The notes under the pieces: model-generated
What the model saw: only the letters and a program-made list of their open reading frames with translations
The model's database searches: none
Told to the model about the DNA's origin: nothing
Source of the DNA: Paragordius varius
Lineage: Eukaryota > Animalia > Nematomorpha
Direction: 5' to 3'
Assembly (NCBI GenBank): GCA_964247055.1
Contig: OZ176050.1
Coordinates: forward strand, 14,942,001-15,006,000
Length of the DNA stretch: 64,000 nt
Part shown: positions 1 through 14,169 of the stretch, piece by piece
How the letters are laid out: every line of letters begins with the position of its first letter
Numbering within the stretch: position 1 is the first letter of the stretch
Made by a program: the position numbers and the translations under genes

Positions 1-1460
1 CTAATGAGTATAAAAAACTTAAAAACTCTAAATATTTAATACGAAAAAATGTTATTTCGAAACATATGCCATATATAAAAAATTTCATATAATATGTTAC
101 GGGAATAACGAATTTCTATATTTTCCGTTTGATAATTATAATAAAAAATGAACTTTCTAAGATCAAACATTTATTAAAATATTAAAAATTTTGTTAATTT
201 TAAATGTTGAAGTACCTATTTTTACAGAAGCCCTGAGTGAAAGAGCCATTAGCCTGAATCTTGAGTCCGAGATTTATATTTTCGCCACTGCGCGAAAGGC
301 TGCAATCTTAAGTTTTATGTATGATTCGAGCAGAAATAAAATATTATTAACCAATTAAAAAAAGGCCAATAGTATTTTACCGCAAAATGAATCATTTCTT
401 TACAAATTATGGGGTAATTACAGAGGGTACTATATTAAGTTTTAAAATTATTTTTTTGAATAAATAAAAGGTAATTGATATATATTTATAAATAACTATT
501 TTTTTTAATTTAAAAAGCAGTACAAAAGTGGGTGCAGTACAGGCGCAGTTTTTTTCTGAAAACCCAGTACTGTACTGCGAAAAACAGCCTATCTGGTCAC
601 ATTATTGTATACTCAACTTTTTGTTAAATCTATCCTTTTGAAACTGATCTGATGTTTTTACTGTATTAGCCTACATATTTAAAATTATATTTTCTAATTA
701 TTTGCCAGCAAATTTTGTAAAACCAATATAAAACATAAACTTAATTCTGCTTTGAAATTCTATATTAACCCAAATCTTTTTTGAATTTATCCCATGTAAA
801 AAATTGCCAAGTGTGAAAGTACAGCCAAAAATTGATATTAAAGTACATTAATTTAATAAAAATTTGGCAGTCTAATTCTTTTAGAAATAAATATTGAATT
901 ATCTTAACATGTTTGATATCAATTTATATTGGCTCGATTAAAAATAAAATTTATAGTATTTCAACCTACTTAGTTGAATCTTTTCAAAACGTATCGTTTA
1001 TATTAAAAATATTGCTAATTAAAATCATAAAATTGTAAATAAAATTAATTCCGAATGACAAATAGTTAACGAATAAACTTGAAATATAATGAAACATTTT
1101 TATTTTGTTTTAAATCGCATTCATAGCCAATATAATTATTTATATTTAACAAAAATGCAAAAATTATGTCTTAGATGTCAAGCATAAACTCCAAAAAACT
1201 CTTTTAAAATTTAAAATTAATCGATTCATATATACTATAATAAACAGTTTATATCTTCATAATACTGGCAATCAGCTGTTTGGCTCATTTTTGAATTGCA
1301 TGTGTTATTATATGAAATCTCCAAATTTAATAGGGATTCGCAAAACCCATCATTTTATTTAAAAATTAATTCAAACGTACCAACGGATCGCGAATTATAA
1401 TTAATTGAATATTATTTTAAACAGGATATAGATGCTTAGATATGATATATTGTTATATAG

Positions 1461-1606
1461 ATGCACTAATTATGGAGTAAAATGGTTTGTTTGTACTTTG
1501 GATGGCAATCTCAATTCCTCCAATTATTATGGAAACCGACCTCTACAATATCCTGATGCGGCGCATGTAATCTGTTGCAATGACAGTAGTTGGTGTAATT
1601 ATAACG
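1461..1606 (+). CDS. Candidate exon with a cysteine box (CC-x5-CN), activin-receptor ectodomain / Ly6-uPAR three-finger-like
   Basis: Reads CTNYGVKWFVCTLDGNLNSSNYYGNRPLQYPDAAHVICCNDSSWCNYN between tatatag| and a |GTGAGT donor; I could not reconstruct the rest of the gene. Confidence 0.4.
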
Positions 1607-4600
1607 TGAGTTTAAACACACTCTCGGACGATCTTTTAAGTTAATTAAGCTGTTATGTTTTATAATTTTTTTATTGATTCAAAACAATTTTTATCAATAC
1701 ATCTAAGGATAAGACTTAAATTGTGCCCTTGGTCTGTTATCTTTTGCCTAGGACTAACATAGATAGAGAAATGTAGAGTTTCGGGGTAATTTCAATTATA
1801 TATTTTTTAGGAATTCTAAACTAAACACCTACTTTCTCCTATTACGACAATGACTCTCATATTTTACTGTTACTAATGCCCATGATTTTATAAATAACAT
1901 GATTTCTTAGCACAGCAATATAATTTATCTGTTTTATAGATATGATTATTTTTTTGTTTGGAAGAAAAGTTTTATGTATTTTGATCAAATTAAAACGTAA
2001 TGTATATAATTTTCTGTTTAGCCTAAGAAGGAGCGATCAAAACTTTATATGAAAATTTTTTTAACACATACATATTATCATCGCAACAAATTCAACAGCG
2101 TTACTGCCTTTCAAAATTTGGCCAAAATTATATTTTATAACAAATTTAAAAATTTCACGCGAGAGAATTCAACCTTAAATAAAACCATTTCAACTAAATT
2201 TATTTAGAAAATTTAACTGATATTCGTCTTAATTATGTCAACTCACTGAATCCCAATGGAAGAGCCCTTTTTGGCATGAACAACGATATTGAAGGAGAAT
2301 ATCTCGTAAAATTCTCTAACTTGATATTTTCCGATGTTGTAATAAAACATGTGGTATGTAAACAATTTTATTATATCATTATGTCTAAAAATGCATTTCA
2401 CAAATAATTGTTATCTTAAATTAAAATCCTTACAATCAAGTAGCATCCTAATTACGACAAAAATTGCAGGATAAAAGCTTTTTTAAAAATATACCGTTTT
2501 CACCTACTATAACCACCGTTCTAAGGAAAACATTAAATTGTACCTTTAAACTAAAATATGAGTAGATATACATTGCCAGTTTTTCATTAATTATTGCCAA
2601 ATAGCATATAAAGGCAAGGGTATTTTTATTAACCTATGGGTGTTTTCGCTATGCTCTTTGCTATAAATCTATCTGGCCCTTTTTTATATTTAATAAACAC
2701 GCGAGCAGTGTGTATTAACTTATACTGTAATTAGCAAATACGAAAAGTATAGAAGGGAAAGTAACAATAAAAGGCAACAAGACTAAGAAAATTACATTAA
2801 TAATTCACATTCTTTCACTTTATTTGTCCATTATATTTGGTGGTTCGTATGCTTTGATTATTTTATTTTAACACTTTATTAACATTTGTGGTAGTTTTTT
2901 GCCCAATAGAAATAATTTCCTAATATAATGATGTACCAAATTTAAAAATCTGATTTCTTTGGCATAACCATATGCTTCAAATTTTAAATAAATGAGAAAT
3001 TGTAAAAAACATCATCTGGAATTTTTTTGCCGCCATTTTTTCTTTAATCTTTAAATCGCTAATACAACGGGTAAAAAATTATAATTTTTGTTAATGAATA
3101 TAAATAATTAACTCTGGAAAGCTTTTAATTAACAATTTACCAGCATATTTTTTATATTTATTGATATTCGTATCTGCTGTTCGTTTAAATCGTGTTTTGG
3201 CGCTATTGAGATACGAAACTTTATCAAAGATTGTAAAAAATGAGAACTAAGAATAGGATTTGATATTAATTTCAATCAAATCAACCATATAAATAGTGTA
3301 TTTACAGTTATAAGCCATGGAGTAAATCTTTACCAAAATTAAATTATATCCAAAAAATTAGGCAATGAATGAAGTGTAGAATAATAATAATAAAAAACTT
3401 TCTTTTATTTTCGTGATGATATGAAAAATCATAAACGTATTCACATTGTACAAAATTGGAATTAAAAAAATGATAACCATAATGATTCATAAATTTATCA
3501 GAATAATTGGGCGCCCGATCAATTAATAAGGCCTATATTGAAGAATCCTTAATGGCGCAAATTATGCTAGAGAAATGTTACATTAAATATATCTCATAGA
3601 TATAAAAAACTACATTTTGATATTAAAGCTATAATTTGATTACAGACGTAAATTGTGAAAATCACTGTTTCTCGATCACTCTAAAATAAACTATTTTTCT
3701 TAACATAAACGCAAAAATGAATATATGCTAGATAACATAAAAAGTTTTTATTTTTGAAGACTACTTTGATTTGTATTCACAAATTGAGCCTTTTAGATGG
3801 TATTTTACAGTATGAAAACAATATATACTTAAGATTGTTAAATAATACTTTTATTATAGTTAGATGATGCTCAATTTTATTATTTGATTAAAACTTTTTC
3901 GTCATTGTTATTTAAGTAAGTTTTCGGAAAATACCTACTAGGGTCGCGGTTTAAGAACCACTGCTATAGAATCTCACAGCCGTAATTATACGTACTTTGG
4001 AATTTAGGTTATTACATAATTAAATGGTATTTTTTCAAATGAAGCATATTTCATTCAACGTAATCTAAAGTTTGAAATTTCGATATGGCTTTAGCACAAA
4101 AGTATAAATATGTTCTTATTGAACTCGGGGAAAGGGGGCAAAATTAAAAGTATTATTAGAATCATGTACATTATATCAGGATATTTTTTGTAAGCTATAT
4201 ATATCAGGGCAAACCAGTACCCGATTCTTGAGATTTGACAAGAAACCAGTTCCCGTTCCACCTCCAAAATAAGTGGTACCATATGTACTTTTATATAAAA
4301 ATTTGTTTAAATTATTATCTAAATTTGATTATAAGATGATTCTCGTTTTACATAAAATTTGATCAATGCTATTATTTCTCCTATCAGGTCTAAATGAGGA
4401 ACCATGTTGACAAAATTATCTGAATATCCAACAATGAATCATAGGCATAATTGAGTAGATTTTTTAATCTATACATTAAGAACATTTACCTTATTACCTG
4501 ATGATATAAACTTTTGGTAAAATATGCAATATATATATATAGCTTAGAAATAGGGTAAATACCATGAGTCCAGTTATATTTGTGACAATCCCTAAATTGA

Positions 4601-5672
4601 AACTACAGTCTCCTACCAATTCCCCTCCTTAATTAAAAAATGAGTCATACTCTACATTAGTTGAAGTCCACCAAAATTAAATCGGTTTTAAATGAAAAAA
4701 AAACCGGTTCCGAAACCACTTTTAAGGCAACCGGGTTTTATTAATTTTTTTAGCAAACAGGCGGTTTATGTTCAACTTTTTTCGATCCGCTTGGTATATA
4801 GTATAAGATTTAATTGTTATGTGGTTGGTAAATACGTAACGTACATTTCAAAATCAACCCTTGTCATAAAAATAATTTTAATTTTATTTAAGACGGCCTG
4901 GATTGTGCAAGGCCGAAAAACGTAGGTTTATTATAATTAGACTTCTATATAACAATAAATGTATTTATAATTTGATATAAGGGAACTTAAATATCCAATA
5001 ATTTTGTATTTATATTAAGAAACATACAGATTTTACCATTCAATTAACGCGGAACGTATTGTACAAAGTGTTGGTGACACCATATGTTGGACACTATAGA
5101 TTGGAAAATTACGCTAAAAGATTTTATTTTAGTTTCATCAAAGGTTATTTTTGTGTTAATTATTCATATTTAATATTTTCATTGTTTGAACAGACCCTTT
5201 TTCTTGATATCGAAGGAAGCGATAGATTTTGGAAGTTATTTTATAAAACCGGCTATAAATAAAAATTAGGAAGTTGGTATCGTCAGAAATATGCAATATT
5301 AGTATTTTAATATTTAAAGCTTCAAATATATATATATATATATATATTTCGGATCAAACTAGTTTATAAGGCCTAATTCGGTTCGGTGTTGAATCGTAAA
5401 CTACAACTATAAGGTATAAGTAAATATAAAATAATTTATTTACCCTTATATAAACATAAATATTCGTTTAATTTAGTATTTATACTCATAAATCTGGCGT
5501 TTATTAGAATGTATACATAATTAGTTATGAGGGAATTTTAATTAATTAAATTTTTCAAATGCGATACACCCAACCTTTATAAAATATATTTATCAAATTT
5601 TAAATTTTTCGGCGTTTTTTCAAATTTTATTCCAATCAGTCCCTGACCATTATAATTTATTATAAAATATAG

Positions 5673-5822
5673 GTTTCTGGGCTACATATTTCCCCAATAT
5701 AAGTATTCCAAGAGACAGAGAAACTCTCATGGTTTGCGAATCATGTGTTGCCAATACAGATAATTATGAATGCCAACACTGTGCACAAGATGAGAATATA
5801 TCATTAGCTCAAATTATTTGAA
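5673..5822 (+). CDS. Candidate terminal exon of an unidentified gene (Cys-rich)
   Basis: After tatag|: FWATYFPNISIPRDRETLMVCESCVANTDNYECQHCAQDENISLAQII-stop, GC-richer than flanks; no family recognised; ends approximate. Confidence 0.3.
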
Positions 5823-6940
5823 AATTACAATTTATATAAAAATCGCAATTATATTTTCACATAGAGGGATTTCATATTTTATTTTTTCCTAATAAATGAA
5901 TAGCTACTAAATTTATATAGATCTTCATTTTTAATACTATATGAGATAATTTGTAACCGAGGTGATTATATTACATACCAAAAATAGGTCCTATTTTTTT
6001 AAAAAAAAATCTGATATTTTTATTTCAAGTAAATATAGATATCTTCCTGAATTAAATTAATTTTTAGGGTCTATAATTTACTGTAAATAATTTATATGCC
6101 AGTTGCTAAAATTTGACATTTAGAAGACGCCTGAAATTTACATTGTCTTTGCTTTATAATATAGTTCATGATATGCATTTGGATTTACACCAAAATAATT
6201 ATTTAAAAAGGATGAGCAGATATTGCCATTTCGTCATATGGATCAACACCACAGTGTTATTTTTTTAAAATACTCGTAAAACCAAAGCACCATGATAATC
6301 CTGATATTCCTATCAGAAATGTTTCATTATGATTTTTCATAATTTTTTAAACCCCTGATTCCCAATATTCAATTACAGTGCATAAATTATATTTAGTTGT
6401 ACCATTTTTCAGTAAAAAACGACATTTTTTAAACCCAACGCATCATTTTTCAAGCAAACGCAACATTTTTACAAGCAAAGACATAAAAAATGTTGCTTTT
6501 GACTGAAAAATGGTAAATTTATACTATGCGTTATTTGGTTATGTTTAGATTGAGGGCATTATAGTTTTGCCATTTAAAATTCCATCCCGTATTGTAACTA
6601 CCAATTTTGGGTATTTTATCCACTTTTGTAATTTTTTGTCTTTTATTGAGGGTTTTGGTTAATTAAATCATGTCATTTAGTAAATTTTCACTCGCTTTCC
6701 TAAGAATTGGTATAACCTCTGTAACATTGAGACATTTTCCCTTTTTAAAAATAATTTATTCGGTGATGTTAAAAATATCTATAAAAATTTTAGTAGTATT
6801 GGTGATACATACAATTACTTTAAAACTATTTAATGGTATTATTACAATGTAGTTTTTGTAGCTGCTTATGTTTTATGTAAATAATTAAAAAATTTCCCCA
6901 TTATAAAATTCTAAAAATAAGTGTGCAAAAAAATAAAATT

Positions 6941-7681
6941 TTAAGAATTATTTATCGCATTAAAGTAATTGCAGGCACTAGCTGCCAGCCTATGTTGAGT
7001 CTTCGGTGCAGAAGCCAGAATGTTAATTAGAGTCAAATTGGCACTGAACGTTATAGGAAGAACAAATATTTCGGCCCCTAAAATAAAAAAGAAAAATACC
7101 AATGGTAGGAAAATATATATAAAGTACAGTAAAAAATAAATGCATACGGACAAAACGCAAAAATATAAAGTTAAATATTTTTATCTAAAAGACCTTTTTA
7201 AATGTTAATTTTTGTAAATACAACTCATTGTGTCAAACTCTAAAAGAGATGTATATTGGTAACATGAATTAAATGTTTTGCGAATGTAAATAAATCATTT
7301 TAACTGAACAAACTAAGGTTTGAAAAAGTATGGCTTTCTGTTCAAAAAAAGTTTGTTTTTATATTCTTACATTTTGTCCGTATAATTTCAATTTTACTGT
7401 AAAAATTAATATAATGTATGCATTATTGTTAAAATAGAAAGTGATGTATACGGACAATGGCATACATTTTTTTTCAATAACTTTAAATCTAAAACTGCAA
7501 AGTATAAAATAGAGATGATTGGTAACACAATCAATTATGCATTTTATAATTGTAAATATTTATATATAAAAATTAAGGTTTAATAAAGTATGATAGCTGT
7601 CTTTTTAAAAAAATTTGTCCTTATATTTTTACATTTGTCCCCAAAATTTTTTACTCTATTAATCTCCTTTAATTCGAAGAC

Positions 7682-7732
<51 letters not shown>

Positions 7733-10700
7733 TGTATATATAAAAAAGAACTTTCTGTGGATATTAATGGAACTTTTAAGGAAAAAATAGCCATGCCCAT
7801 CGCCCTATTCACACTTTAAATGAAATTCAGTCTATCTTTCTTTCTGAAAACTCTTTATATACTTTAAAGGCATAAGTATAGCCATTATTAATAATTAATC
7901 AATATCGTAATACGGGAAAAATAATGAATTAAATAATTCTCTAAAATTAAACCATCGATATACCATTTTCTAATCGAACGCAACATTTTTCCATTCAAAA
8001 GCAACATTTCAAGTGAACGCAACATTTTTTTAATCAAACACAATTTTTTTCAAGCAAAACACGCAAAATTTTTAATTCTTCAGTTTGGTTGATAAAAATC
8101 TTGCTTTAGGTTGAAAAAAGTGTTGCTTTTGACTGAAAAATTGTATTAACGTATACCAATCGATTCCAAATCTGAAGCAGAAAACTCTGGATCAAAGACC
8201 GTATTATTTGCATCGGTTGCCAATATGACCAATTTGTAAGCAGATGGTCTGGAAGCGCGATTAAACATGCGAAACGCTAAATTCAGACCTTTATCAATTC
8301 GGTTTTGAGTGTTTGGACCTATATGGAATATTAAATTAATGGTAAGTTATTCCGAATGATACTATGTAATGATTGAAATTATAGAAGGACTAAAATATAA
8401 TGACAAAATTTTTACTTCTAAAAAAGACAATAAATGATACTTTTTAAATCTTAATTTATTTAAATAAAACTTATTATTTAAAACTGCAAAGTAAACAGAG
8501 ATGTACATTAAAACATGATCAATCTTATTTTACAATTGTTTAAAAAAATATGGTTTCTTTTATAAAAAAATATTTGTCTTTATATATTTACATTTTGTCC
8601 GTGTATATTTCAATTTTTACTGTAAAATTTTAATATTAACATGTAAAAAATTATTAATAAGGCTTGTATTTCGTTCATAAATAGTAAGTCTTGCTAGACA
8701 TTACCCTATTCGCCCCCTAGAATTTGTATAAAAGTACCATATTCTATTAGCCGATAAAACATTTATTTGAATTAATATTTTCTATTTGTATCGAGTTAGT
8801 TTGAAAAAGAAACAACAAAAACAAATTAATTATCATTATTGTCGTTATTTACGACAAATGACCTTTAAAAAATATTAGCTACACAATTAATAAATTGCTT
8901 AATTCATTATCATTTCACTTTTTTTTGACCTTAAAGTTACACTTTATTACAATTTTATTTTTATAAGGTATAATTAATTAAAGCTGGTAATCCAAAATAT
9001 TATGTTTAAGGCCCTCTCTAGTTGGAAAATGGTATACTTTACCACATAACTTATTAAAATCTTAGCCAATTGGAGAATGATAGATTTTTTTGTTTAATTT
9101 TTTTTGATAAATAATAATTTATATACGTGCATTAAAGATTAAATAAGTGCTTAAAAATATACAATTAGTTTAAAATTTTTAAGGTGTTACTTGCCAAGAG
9201 GAAGCACTGCAGAGCAGGACAAAATAAGTAGTTTTAGCGGGCACAAAATTGAAATTTAAACTTCTCTTACTGTTATTAAAAGTATTTTAGTGTGTTAACG
9301 AGTTCAATGTTTAAAGCGATCAAAACTATGGCTAATATTTAAAAATTATTCGATTATGAATAATTGATAAAAAAATTAGCACACTGACAATACCCCTCAG
9401 CTAATTTTCTTGTTTATTAAGATGGCAAAAATTACCCACAAACTCGGATATATATTTTTACTTTTAAACATACAGTAAAAATTGAAAGTATATGAACAAA
9501 ACGCAAAATTATTCTTTATTTTATCAAAAATTTATTTTTTTTTGGTTAAATGGGTATAAATATTTGGTAAAAAATAAAAAAAACAAGATGAATATGATAT
9601 TGTTTATACCATAGAACTCTTGTTTTTCTATTCTTTAACAAATATTTATACCCATCGAAAGAAAATAAATTTTTGATAAAATAAAGGATAGACATAATTT
9701 AGAAATGTATATTGGTAACACAACGAATTATATATTTTTTATTTGTAATTATATAATTTGTACTGGAAAAAAAGGTTAAAAAAGTACGGTTGTCTTTATA
9801 TTTTAACGTTTTGTCTGTATAATTTCAATGGTTACTGTATATGGGACACTTCAAAATGAATAACTAACTAAAACTATAATTCTGAGCGTCTGACCTGTAA
9901 AAAAGATATTTTGGAAAACAAGCGCTAAGTTTAAAACTGTTTTATACATATACAAAACTATATACCATTTACTATTCAATTCACCCTTAACAATCAAATT
10001 CACCCTCCAACAATTCAAATTCACCTTCAAATAAAATATATGTTTATTAATATAAATTACCTTATATTTTATATATTTTTAAAAAATAAAATTTTTGTTA
10101 AAATTAAAATAATGCTGAAAAAATAATACACTATGCCGATATATTTCAATAATATTGAATTATATTTGTTTGAAAACATATAATGTGTTTTTAGGGTGAA
10201 TTTGAATTGTCTAAGGGTGAATTTGAATTGTTCGAGGGTGGATTTGAATTGTTCAAGGGTGAATTTGAACTGTAAATGGTATAGTAATACGCTTTTACTT
10301 ACCGCTGCTCGGTATGGATGAAACCGCGGACTGGACGGCTGATAAAGATCTCCCCTGAACTAAACTCAGGACCTGATAACTATTTACATCGAATCGGACA
10401 ACTCCAATGGCTGTACCCGTGCTTCTTATTGGTAATATTGCATTGACTTTGGAGGCCGTTACCTAATACATACAATCCAAACAATAGATGTTATATATTT
10501 TATAGTACCGTTTTTCTTGTAAAGTTACCAATTTTCTACCTGATGCTTATTAGTTTGTAAATACTATTTATGCCTGAAAATGAGATAATACACATCTTTT
10601 TTATTTTAGCCTAATTGATCATACCTGTTTGACCATAAAAATTAGTCTGTGTTTACTTATTTTACGAATTAAATTTCTTTAGATTTCTATCCTAGTTTAT

Positions 10701-11260
10701 TAATATTAATTTTCTAACTTAGGTGTCACATACTATAATCATAATTAAATTAAATTTTGAGATTTTTGGTATTAATGTATAAAAATATAAAAATATATAC
10801 GGAAAGACCGCTAAGGACACAACGAAAATTTACAGTTATGGGCAAACCGCTATCCACCACAAAAATGGCATCTACTTGCGAAAAATCTTGAAAACGACTC
10901 AACATTGTTGGAATTCCTATAATTTAGTAGAATAAAAAAAGTATTATAATAAAATTAAAAGTTTAGAAGTAAAAATTCCTTTGATATAAAGCTATAACGG
11001 TTGACCGGCACCCCTTAACACCTTTAAACACATATTGTGCGCTTGGCTTCCATTCAACGAAAATACTTTTATATTTTGCGCACTATTTTTTTATTTTTAC
11101 CTGTATGTTCAAGATAAATATTTTAAACTGACAATCTTTTTACCATAAAATCAATTGTGTTAAAAATTTAACTTAATATGTTACCTTGAGAATATATTCC
11201 ATTTATCAGGTGAAGAAATAACCATAAAAACCCTATGAATGAGCCCAATTTCATAGTCAT
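6941..11260 (-). CDS. Secreted single von Willebrand factor A domain protein
   Basis: Exons 11185-11260 (signal peptide MTMKLGSFIGFLWLFLHLINGIYSQ), 10834-10916 (DAIFVVDSG), 10303-10462 (TAIGVVRF...AVQSAVSSI), 8157-8318 (IDKGLNLA...KLVILATD), 6941-7077 (GAEIFVLPI...LINILASAP, stop). GT-AG junctions and phases match; a small exon between 10463 and 10833 may be missing. Confidence 0.75.
9961..10283. mobile_element. Foldback-like MITE with long TIRs built from a 21-bp subrepeat
   Basis: Starts TATACCATTTAC..., ends ...GTAAATGGTATA; both arms carry (GGGTGAATTTGAATTGTTC(G/A)A)n in inverted orientation. Confidence 0.75.
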
Positions 11261-13634
11261 TTTGAAGATTGATCACTTACTTGTACACTGAGATAATCAA
11301 AAGAAAGATAGTTATTAAATAAGTTCTGCAAAAAAACGTTATATACTTCAAGTATAAGTCAATAAATATTTTCTAATAAACGCAATGTATAATAAATAAT
11401 AATTTCGTTGTTGTTTTTTACCTATAGGTATATATTTGATTGAAAAAATAAATTGATGATGTAAATCGGTATTATCTTTTTTAAACTCTATTGACACTTG
11501 GCCAAATTCCAACACTTAGCGACAGTCTTAAGTTAGTTCACTATATTATATAAATGATTGTACAGTGCATTTCATTTTTGCCAAAAAATCATGAAAAAAA
11601 AACTCTTAAGAGTTTTTGGCACATGCAAAATATTATTATATATATTTCCCGGTTTTATCAATTTTTATGAAAATGGTCGATACTAAGTTTATATGAGATA
11701 TATCTGGCGCCAGATATACAAGGTCATTCATTTATAATCTTTTGATGGTTGAAAATTATGAATGTTAAACATTTATAAATTTTCAAGGTTACTTGCATGA
11801 CATAGGTAATAACCTAATTTAAGCCATAGCCTTAGTTAATATCGATAAACTTAAAAAAATTGTATGTTGCTCATTAAACTATGCAACTTTTAGTTATACC
11901 TTCCGGCATTACATTAGCGCAAATACTCTCTCTCTCTCTCTCTCTCTAAAATATTTGTTGGATAAAAATGTAATTTTATAATTGTTTATTTGTATTATAT
12001 ATATAAATATTTAGAAAGGTCATTTGCGACCATATATTTGTATGAAATTAATATGGGAAAAGAGATAATAATATTTAATTTTATTTATAACGAAGAATGG
12101 AGGAAATGTATTGTAAAACCTGAATAAATTATTGACTTTTTTACAATTTGGGCAATTATATCGAATTAGTAACTAGTAATAAGATTCCCAAATCAAGGAA
12201 TATAGAGTAAAATTAAAAGTAAAGAGCAAAATATAATTAATAATTTTTTTTCCTTAACTACCAAATAAACCTTAATAATGAAATAGATATGTAAATTGTT
12301 AATACACCTAATCATATTTTTCATAAAATTGTAATTAACACTTCAATAAATTTACAATTTTGATGCTGTTTTAGGGTAGATTTCTACTCCAGAGTTTATT
12401 AACATAATATTGTTTAGAAAGTTGCTTTGGTTTTAATTATACCAAACCTTTTCTCCTGTATTATATAAAAAAGCTTAAAATGTTTATTAACATCTGTTCC
12501 GAAATTCTGACTATAAAACACGATTGAAACTAACAGCTGATATTTTAATTGTTAAATATCAAAATTTGCTGGTAAAGTTATATTTGATAACCTTGCATTA
12601 ATTTATAATTTTTAACATAATATACATTTAATTAAGTCCAGTATTCACGATAGGTAAAATTTAAAAATATATTTGGAGCTTTTTAGGCGCATAATACCAA
12701 AAAAATATTAAAAAAAATAAAATGTAAAAAATCCTTAAACTTTTTCACCGCCAAATTTTTTTAAATCGTTAATACAATAGGCAGATTATATGGTTATGTA
12801 AATAATTACACTAAATAAGCTTTCAGGTTGCACTTTATAACCTGATATTTATTAATTTTAAAAGCAGCTGTTATTTCAATTGCGTTTTGGAGATGTCATA
12901 ATTAAAATTCTAAAGTTAGAAAGCAAATAATATATTTTATTTAACAAAACTATGTTTGATAATTATTATTAATAATTAATATAACTTTCAAATCAGTTGT
13001 TTACCGAACAAATGAGCTCTGGGGTATAAAACCACCCAATATGTGATTGCGGTCAAAAAAGTGAAACTAGCATGATGTGTTAAAAACAGAAAAAAAACTG
13101 GAGGCTTAAAAGTATGAGATGAAGTTTTTTATACGATACATTTTGAATAAAACTTTGTACCATGCACTTATTAAGGAAATCGCATTTTTAAATTTTACCC
13201 AATGATAAAAAATTTTAGATGCAATTTTAGATGGCCTAGGGTCGCCTCAAAAGGGCTTCAAGTATTATATGTAGGAAATTTAAAGATTTGAACAAATATG
13301 AATGTTTTTTAAAAAAAATTATCGCAATCATGATTTCTTTGTCAACTTTAATTTAAATTTTTATTGTAATAAACCCAAAAACAATTTTTTAAAACTTTAT
13401 ATGCATGTTCTTCACCCACACAAAACTATCATATTATTTAGGTACCATCATATTATCACTCCTATCGTTTTATGTATTAGCGATTTTTGGTTAAATATAA
13501 AATGTTGATTTTTAATAAAATCGGAATTTTTGCATTTCAATGATGTGAAGAACTAATATATAATATAAATATAAAAAATAGGAATAATATAGGAAATATT
13601 AATTTACCGCTGTTCAAAAAATAAAATTTTTTAT

Positions 13635-14040
13635 AACTATAGTCTCTCCAGAATGGAGAAAGCAGATGTGCCCATGCTAAGGGATTACTAGTTCCTAGAG
13701 CTTTTTATTGAAGCCCCTATACGGCTCTGGGCACCGTACTCGGAGATTGGCCTGATAATCAATGGCCCTCATCCATCGGCCACCGCCACTACCAAGAGCT
13801 TGCCAACCTTGTTGGAGACTTGCTATCAACCTGTGTCGCTTAGGTACGACACCCGGTGCATCTTTATATCGAGTATAGGATTTACCTTATCGATCGTAAC
13901 CGTACCGTGTAGCAGTGTTCACATACCTCCACGACTCTTAGATTCTCCAATGCCGACCCACCCCACCCTAAGGCCGTCATTAAAACGCTGACGTTGCCGG
14001 TGGTTACCACGTGGAGGTGTGGGAGTAGGATTTGACCACC
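13635..14040 (-). mobile_element. Short non-coding element C: HDV-like ribozyme head plus structured body (SIDE-like non-autonomous retroelement)
   Basis: Starts right after the 28S-like GTGTCAGAGTTACCACAGGGAT (14041-14062); body homologous to 18025-18300 (e.g. ACTCGATATAAAGATGCACCGGGTGTCG, AATCCCTTAGCATGG, CTGCTTTCTCC..CTGGAG.GACTATAGTT); followed by ATAAAAAA. Confidence 0.75.
13961..14040 (-). ncRNA. HDV-like self-cleaving ribozyme, slightly degenerate (element C)
   Basis: P1 GGUGGUC/AACCACC, P3 ACC/GGU with L3 UCCACGU, P1.1 GG, CAAC, P4 CGUCA/UGACG, then GC, P2 CCUACUC/GGGUGGG; folded by eye. Confidence 0.65.
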
Positions 14041-14169
14041 ATCCCTGTGGTAACTCTGACACAATCAGTCGAAAAACTTACGCCTCTCATGAGGCGGTTG
14101 TGATCCATTACAATCAGATACCACAATACTAACCGTAACTTCCCAACCTGTCGATTATGAGACGCTCAC

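Noticed and set aside
3940-3965. hAT-like terminus (..GGTTTAAGAACCACTG)
   Set aside because: No partner end or TSD found.
4190-4207. 18-nt GT-AG intron candidate (gtaagctatatatatcag)
   Set aside because: No recognisable protein on either side to anchor it, so it may be chance.
7590-7790. ORF with IYIYIY run and similar short AT-rich ORFs across the window
   Set aside because: Produced by (TA)n microsatellites, MITEs or low-complexity DNA.
13640-13900. Hammerhead or second antisense ribozyme in the short-element body
   Set aside because: Only a CTGATAA near-match; no correctly placed GAAA or stems.
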